This document shows positions 15,671 to 20,867 of a stretch of DNA of 20,867 bases, in pieces. This DNA is from Candidatus Hodarchaeota archaeon (GTDB lineage Archaea > Asgardarchaeota > Lokiarchaeia > Sigyniarchaeales > SOKP01). Position 1 is the stretch's first letter, and every line of letters begins with the position of its first letter. The notes beneath the pieces were generated by a model that searched no databases, was not told the DNA's origin, and saw only the letters and a program-made list of their open reading frames with translations. Made by a program: the position numbers and the translations under genes. The stretch lies in contig JBHLJY010000032.1 in assembly GCA_048887225.1 (NCBI GenBank), positions 1 to 20,867 on the forward strand, given 5' to 3'.

Positions 15671-16792
15671 TTAGCTTAACACTTCCTTAACTTTTTCTAC
15701 TGCTTCAATTACATTTTTAAAAGCATTTATTCCGACATTTTTTAGGAGGGCAATTCCTTCTAATTCATTTGTTCCAGTTAATCTAATTACCATAGGGGGA
15801 GCATCAGTGAATTCCTTCAAAGCTTGAATTATCCCCTCAGCAACTATATCACATCGAGTAATCCCTCCATAAATATTAATGAATACACATTTTGGATCTA
15901 ATTTAAATAGGAGTTTTAAAGCTTCATAGACTCGTTCTTTATTTGCCCCCCCTCCTACATCTAAAAAGTTAGATGGTTTTAGCCCTAATTGAGATAACAC
16001 ATCTAGAATTGCCATAGTCAATCCTGCACCATTTGCTAAAATTCCAATATCTCCATCAAGCTCGACAAAAGAAAAACCAATTTTTTTAGCTCTTTTTTCT
16101 AAATCTGTAAGTTTTCTTTCTTGTAATTTTTTTATAAGTGGTTGACGAAATGCAGAATTTTCATCTAAAATTATTTTAGCATCTACTGCAAGTATTCCTG
16201 ACGGAGTTAGAACTAAAGGGTTGATCTCAACTAGTAAAGCTTCGTGACTTGTTGTGATTTTCCATAATTTAACAAAAATATCTTTAGCATCGTCTAAATT
16301 TTTTCCTAAAAATCTTAATTTTTTAGCTGCTTTCTTAGCCATTTCTTCAGTTAATCCTTCTTTTAACGTAAAACTTTCTTTAATTATTGCTTCAGGATGT
16401 TTTGCAGCAACTTCTTCAATATCGATACCTCCTCTTTTACTAGTAATAAAATAAAATTGTCGTCTTAATGCGTCCAAGGAGATCGAACAATAGTATTCAT
16501 GTTGGATTTTTACTAATTCTTCAATGAGAATAGCTTCAATCCTCAATCGTCCATCTTCTTTGCTAAAGAATTCATTACATAAAGATATACATTCATCTTT
16601 ATTTTGAGCAATTTTTATTAATCCAGATTTTTTCCGACTCCCAATCGCAATTTGCGACTTCACAATTGCTGGAAATGGGAAATTTTCAACTTTTCCTTTG
16701 ATCTCATCTTTCTTACTTATTAATATATTTTTAGCAAGTGGAACGTTGAATTTATCCAAAATTTCTTTACTTTCATATTCAAGTAAGTGAAT
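15671..16792 (-). CDS. sucC: Succinyl-CoA synthetase beta subunit (probable ATT start)
   Basis: EINPL, DAK, NGAGL, NFLDVGGGA, NIYGGITRCD and RLTGTN motifs. The upstream in-frame IHLLEYESKEIL matches the conserved MxLxEYxxKxL N-terminus. Confidence 0.93.
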   Translation of the reverse strand: MHLLEYESKEILDKFNVPLAKNILISKKDEIKGKVENFPFPAIVKSQIAIGSRKKSGLIKIAQNKDECISLCNEFFSKEDGRLRIEAILIEELVKIQHEYYCSISLDALRRQFYFITSKRGGIDIEEVAAKHPEAIIKESFTLKEGLTEEMAKKAAKKLRFLGKNLDDAKDIFVKLWKITTSHEALLVEINPLVLTPSGILAVDAKIILDENSAFRQPLIKKLQERKLTDLEKRAKKIGFSFVELDGDIGILANGAGLTMAILDVLSQLGLKPSNFLDVGGGANKERVYEALKLLFKLDPKCVFINIYGGITRCDIVAEGIIQALKEFTDAPPMVIRLTGTNELEGIALLKNVGINAFKNVIEAVEKVKEVLS

Positions 16793-16954
16793 TGCTGATC
16801 CCTCCCGAATCTTTATTGTAATGAATTAGAATAACTTTAATTGAAATAAATAATAATATATTCAAATTAATTTTAAATTTCCATTTAAATTAATAAACAT
16901 TTTAATAATTAATAGAATCATTTCGTTAAAATGTAACAGAATATTAAAAAAATT

Positions 16955-18145
16955 ATGAATAAAGAAATTAGTGAAGCTAGGAATCATTTTGAGAAAGTGA
17001 TAAAGGAACAATTAGAAAGAATTGAAATTTTAAAGCGTGAGGGAGATTGGATTGATTATACTTCTCTTAAACCAGTTATTATAGGGATTATAGGTGGAGA
17101 TGGAATAGGACCCGAGATATCTAAACATGCGAAAAATATTCTTGAATATATGTTAAATGAGGAGATAAAAAATGGAAAAGTAAAATTACAAGTAATAGAT
17201 GGATTAACTATTGAAAATAGAGCAAAATTTATGAAAGCAATCCCCGATGATATTTTAAAAGAAATTAAAAAATGTCATGTTTTATTGAAGGGTCCAACAA
17301 CAACCCCAAGAAAAGGAGATAATTTGCCTAATATTGAAAGTGCCAATGTAGCGATGCGTCGCGAATTAGATCTTTTTGCTAATGTTCGTCCAGTCAAGAT
17401 TCCTGAAAAAAAAATTGACTGGATGTTTTTTAGGGAAAATACAGAGGGATCGTATATATTAGGTTCAAAAGGATTGAATATTACAAATGATTTATCAATC
17501 GATTTTAAAGTAATTACAACTCAAGGGGCTGAACGTATAATTCGATTAGCATTTGATTATGCTAGGAAGAATAATATTGATAGGATTACAGTAATAACAA
17601 AAGCTAATGTTGTGAAAACAACTAATGGAAAATTCTTATCAATTGCAGAAGAAATTGCTAAAGATTATCCAGAAATAGAATTGGATGATTGGTATATTGA
17701 TATTATGACTGCTAAATTGATTGATCCCGCAAGACAGAGTCAATTTAAGGTTATTGTTGCTCCAAATTTATATGGCGATATTATAACGGACGAAGCAGCA
17801 CAAATGCAAGGTGGAGTGGGTACTGCAGGAAGTGCTAATATAGGAAAACGTTACGCCATGTTTGAAGCAATACATGGCTCTGCACCACGAATGATTGAAG
17901 AAGGCCGAGCTAAATATGCAGATCCTTCAAGTTTAATTAGAGCAACTATTATGATGTTGAATCATATCGGTTTCCAGAAAAAAGCTAAAAAATTAGAAAT
18001 GGCTTTAGATATATGTGGAATCTATGAGAAAAAATTAGTTTTAACGGGTAGACCTAATGGAAGCACAGCTAAAGCATTCTCAGAATATATTATGGAAACC
18101 CTAAAAGATCCTAATTTAGAAGAAAAATGGAATAAATACCGATGA
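16955..18145 (+). CDS. icd: Isocitrate/isopropylmalate dehydrogenase family enzyme, probably isocitrate dehydrogenase given context
   Basis: GDGIGPEI, LKGPTTTP, SANVAMRRELDLFANVRP, RENTEG, PNLYGDIITD and FEAIHGSAP. Co-oriented with fumC and aconitase. Confidence 0.8.
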   Translation: MNKEISEARNHFEKVIKEQLERIEILKREGDWIDYTSLKPVIIGIIGGDGIGPEISKHAKNILEYMLNEEIKNGKVKLQVIDGLTIENRAKFMKAIPDDILKEIKKCHVLLKGPTTTPRKGDNLPNIESANVAMRRELDLFANVRPVKIPEKKIDWMFFRENTEGSYILGSKGLNITNDLSIDFKVITTQGAERIIRLAFDYARKNNIDRITVITKANVVKTTNGKFLSIAEEIAKDYPEIELDDWYIDIMTAKLIDPARQSQFKVIVAPNLYGDIITDEAAQMQGGVGTAGSANIGKRYAMFEAIHGSAPRMIEEGRAKYADPSSLIRATIMMLNHIGFQKKAKKLEMALDICGIYEKKLVLTGRPNGSTAKAFSEYIMETLKDPNLEEKWNKYR

Positions 18146-18183
18146 AATAAAATATAATTAAATTCTCGAGTGGTAAATTTTTC

Positions 18184-19575
18184 ATGTCGAATGAATTTCG
18201 TAAAGAAAAAGATATTTTAGGAGAATTAAATGTGCCTAAAGATGTGTATTGGGGAATAAATACTCAAAGAGCAATTAATAATTTTAAGATAAGTAGAAAA
18301 ACATTTCCTGATATTTTCATAAAAGCGCTTGCAATTATTAAGAAAGCGTGTATAAAAGCAAATTTAAAATTAGGATTATTAGAGGAAAAAATAGGTAAAG
18401 CACTAATAAAAGCGGTTGATGAGATAATTATCGAAAACAAGCATTTAGATCAATTTCCTATTGATGTCTTTCAAACAGGGTCCGGAACCCAAACAAATAT
18501 GAATATGAATGAAGTGTTAGCAAATAGAGCAAATGAAATTTTAGGATATTCAAAAGGTAAAAAAGAACCAGTACATCCAAATGATCATGTAAATAAGGGA
18601 CAATCTTCTAATGATGTTATTCCCTCAGCAATGCACCTTGCGATTTTTAAAAGCATTAAAGAAAATTTATTGCCTTCATTACTTAACCTTGATCGTGTTT
18701 TAGGCCAGAAAATAGAAGAATTTAGTGGTATTGTAAAAGTTGGTAGAACACATCTACAAGATGCTATTCCAATTCCATTATCTTTAGAATTTGATGTTTA
18801 TAAAAGTCATAATAAAAGCAATATAGAAAAATTAGAAAGTACCTTCTTTCATTTATCAAATATTCCAATAGGAGGTACTGCTTTAGGGACAGGTTTAAAC
18901 ACCCATAAAGATTTTGCTAAATTAGTATGTTCAAATTTAGTAGAATTTTTTGGATTTTCTTTTGAACCAAATGAGAATAAAGCTGAAAATATTTCATCGC
19001 ATAGGATTCTTGTTGATGTGAGTGGAATACTTCGTCTTATAGCATTTAATTTTTTAAAAATGGCAAATGATATTCGTTGGATGGGAAGTGGTCCAAGGGC
19101 AGGTTTGGCTGAATTGAAATTACCTCCTAATGAGCCCGGTTCTTCTATTATGCCAGGAAAAATAAATCCTACTCAATGTGAAATGCTAATTCAAGTAAGT
19201 CTACAGGTTATAGGCAATGATTCAGTTGTTTCATTAGCAGAAGGTCATGGGAGTATTTTAGATCTTAATGTTTGTAAACCGATAATGATATATAGCATCC
19301 TTGATTCAATAAACATTCTTAGTAATGGAGTAAATTCATTCATAGAGAATTGCTTGAAAGGATTAGAGGCAAATATCGATAATATTAAATCTCAATTAGA
19401 TCGAATGTTAATGATTGTTACAAATCTAAATCCTATTATCGGATATGATAAAGCTTCAGAAATCGCCAAAAAAGCGTATAAGGAAAACAAAACAATAAAA
19501 CAAGTTATTAGGGAAATGGGAATAGAAATTAAAGAGGATCTTGATAAGTTATTAGATCCCAAAAAAATGGTTTAA
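18184..19575 (+). CDS. fumC: Class II fumarate hydratase
   Basis: FQTGSGTQTNMNMNEV, HPNDHVN, QSSND, GRTHLQDA and signature GSSIMPGKINP. Confidence 0.92.
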   Translation: MSNEFRKEKDILGELNVPKDVYWGINTQRAINNFKISRKTFPDIFIKALAIIKKACIKANLKLGLLEEKIGKALIKAVDEIIIENKHLDQFPIDVFQTGSGTQTNMNMNEVLANRANEILGYSKGKKEPVHPNDHVNKGQSSNDVIPSAMHLAIFKSIKENLLPSLLNLDRVLGQKIEEFSGIVKVGRTHLQDAIPIPLSLEFDVYKSHNKSNIEKLESTFFHLSNIPIGGTALGTGLNTHKDFAKLVCSNLVEFFGFSFEPNENKAENISSHRILVDVSGILRLIAFNFLKMANDIRWMGSGPRAGLAELKLPPNEPGSSIMPGKINPTQCEMLIQVSLQVIGNDSVVSLAEGHGSILDLNVCKPIMIYSILDSINILSNGVNSFIENCLKGLEANIDNIKSQLDRMLMIVTNLNPIIGYDKASEIAKKAYKENKTIKQVIREMGIEIKEDLDKLLDPKKMV

Positions 19576-19591
19576 ATTTGGAGAAATAAAA

Positions 19592-20867
19592 ATGACATCT
19601 GTTGCAAAAAGAATATTGCTAGAACATCTGGTTGAAGGAGAGTTTATAGTTGGGGAAGAGATAGGGATAAAAATAAATAACACTCTTACTCAAGATGCTA
19701 CTGGTACAATGGCTTATCTTCAATTTGAAGCAATGAAATTGGATAAAGTTCAAACAGAATTATCTGTCTCATTTGTTGACCACAATACGCTTCAAACAGA
19801 TTTTAAAAATGCTGATGATCATCGTTATTTAGCTTCGATAGCTGCGAAATATGGGATAAAATTTTCAAAACCTGGTAATGGAATTTGTCATCAAGTATTC
19901 CTTGAGAGATTTGCTGAACCAGGAAAAACCTTAATTGGATCGGATTCTCATACACCTACTGCAGGAGCCATGGGAATGATTGCGATTGGTGCAGGGGGGT
20001 TAGATATAGCAGTAGCTATGGGAGGAGGATTGTTTTATCTTAAAACTCCAGAAATAGTCGGAATAAAATTAACAGGGAAATTATCAGAATTTGTTTCAGC
20101 AAAAGATGTAATTTTAGAAGTTTTAAGAAGGATTAATGTTAAAGGTGGAGTAGGAAAAATTTTGGAATATTTTGGACCTGGTGTAAATACATTATCGGTT
20201 CCTGAACGTGCTACAATTACTAATATGGGAGTTGAAACTGGATCAACCACGTCAATTTTTCCATCTGACGAAATTACGAGAGACTTTCTTAGGGTTCAAA
20301 ATAGAGAAGAGCAATGGATTGAGATTCCAGAAGGAAATAAAGATGATTATGACGAAATTATTGAAATAGATTTAAACGAGTTGGTTCCTCTTGTTGCTAA
20401 ACCACATTCTCCTGGAAATATAGTTCCTATATCAGAAGTTGAAGGATTAAAAGTTGACCAAGTTGCAATAGGATCCTGTACAAATAGCTCTCTGAAAGAT
20501 ATGTTGATGGTTGCTGCTCTTTTAAAAGGTAAAAAAATTTATGAAGACATAGTTTTAGGAATATCTCCCGGTTCTAGACAAGTTCTATTTGAGATAGCTA
20601 GGAGTGGTGCTTTGGCGGATATTATATCTGCTGGGGCTAGAATATTTGAATCCACATGTGGTCCATGTATAGGAATGGGATTTGCTCCGAAATCTAATGG
20701 CGTTTCTGTTCGCACTTTTAACAGAAATTTTTATGGAAGAAGTGGTACTAAAAGTGCTGAAGTTTATCTTTTAAGCCCAGAATCTGCTGTTGCAGCCTCG
20801 TTATATGGAAAAATTACAGATCCTAGAAAACTTGGAAAATATCCAAACATAAAAATGCCAAATAACA
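19592..20867 (+). CDS. Aconitate hydratase (short Aquifex/archaeal type), truncated by window end; absent from ORF track
   Basis: ATG after GGAG; MTSVAKRILLEHLVEG...TQDATGTMAYLQFEAM, DHN, GICHQ, GSDSHT, GSCTN, CGPCIGMG and FNRNF. The frame is open to the end of the window. Confidence 0.92.
   Translation, partial: MTSVAKRILLEHLVEGEFIVGEEIGIKINNTLTQDATGTMAYLQFEAMKLDKVQTELSVSFVDHNTLQTDFKNADDHRYLASIAAKYGIKFSKPGNGICHQVFLERFAEPGKTLIGSDSHTPTAGAMGMIAIGAGGLDIAVAMGGGLFYLKTPEIVGIKLTGKLSEFVSAKDVILEVLRRINVKGGVGKILEYFGPGVNTLSVPERATITNMGVETGSTTSIFPSDEITRDFLRVQNREEQWIEIPEGNKDDYDEIIEIDLNELVPLVAKPHSPGNIVPISEVEGLKVDQVAIGSCTNSSLKDMLMVAALLKGKKIYEDIVLGISPGSRQVLFEIARSGALADIISAGARIFESTCGPCIGMGFAPKSNGVSVRTFNRNFYGRSGTKSAEVYLLSPESAVAASLYGKITDPRKLGKYPNIKMPNN

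Noticed and set aside
16254-16454. 66-aa plus-strand ORF
   Set aside because: Antisense within sucC.
20035-20250. 71-aa minus-strand ORF
   Set aside because: Antisense within the aconitase gene, which the track omitted only because it has no stop in the window.

Overview
AT-rich prokaryotic window with archaeal signals: TATA boxes about 21-23 nt before leaderless ATGs, GGTGA/GGAGG ribosome-binding sites and an HTH_10 regulator. It is most consistent with an anaerobic Asgard (Lokiarchaeia-like) archaeon, though that placement is inference. The left part holds small hypothetical genes, a rubredoxin, a candidate ~130-nt structured ncRNA, a divergent glycyl-radical enzyme with no activase in the window, and an orphan RmlC. 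The middle (5.8-14.8 kb) is a dense Fe/S and thiol redox cluster: rubredoxin, NAD(P)H:rubredoxin oxidoreductase-rubredoxin fusion, an atypical CooS/CODH-family protein (CxxC D-cluster, Glu replacing a C-cluster Cys, Tyr replacing the catalytic His, no cooC), an hcp-associated-type 4Fe-4S protein, HTH_10 regulator, iron-sulfur flavoprotein, two glutaredoxins, a ferredoxin:disulfide reductase and a minimal CCG-domain protein. The right part is a divergent TCA cluster (sucC-sucD / icd-like-fumC-aconitase, the last cut by the window end). Most notable: the CooS-V/HCP-like stress module with a shared palindromic promoter motif, the candidate ncRNA, three genes apparently starting at ATA/ATT codons behind good SD sites, and the KVGGY glycyl-radical enzyme.
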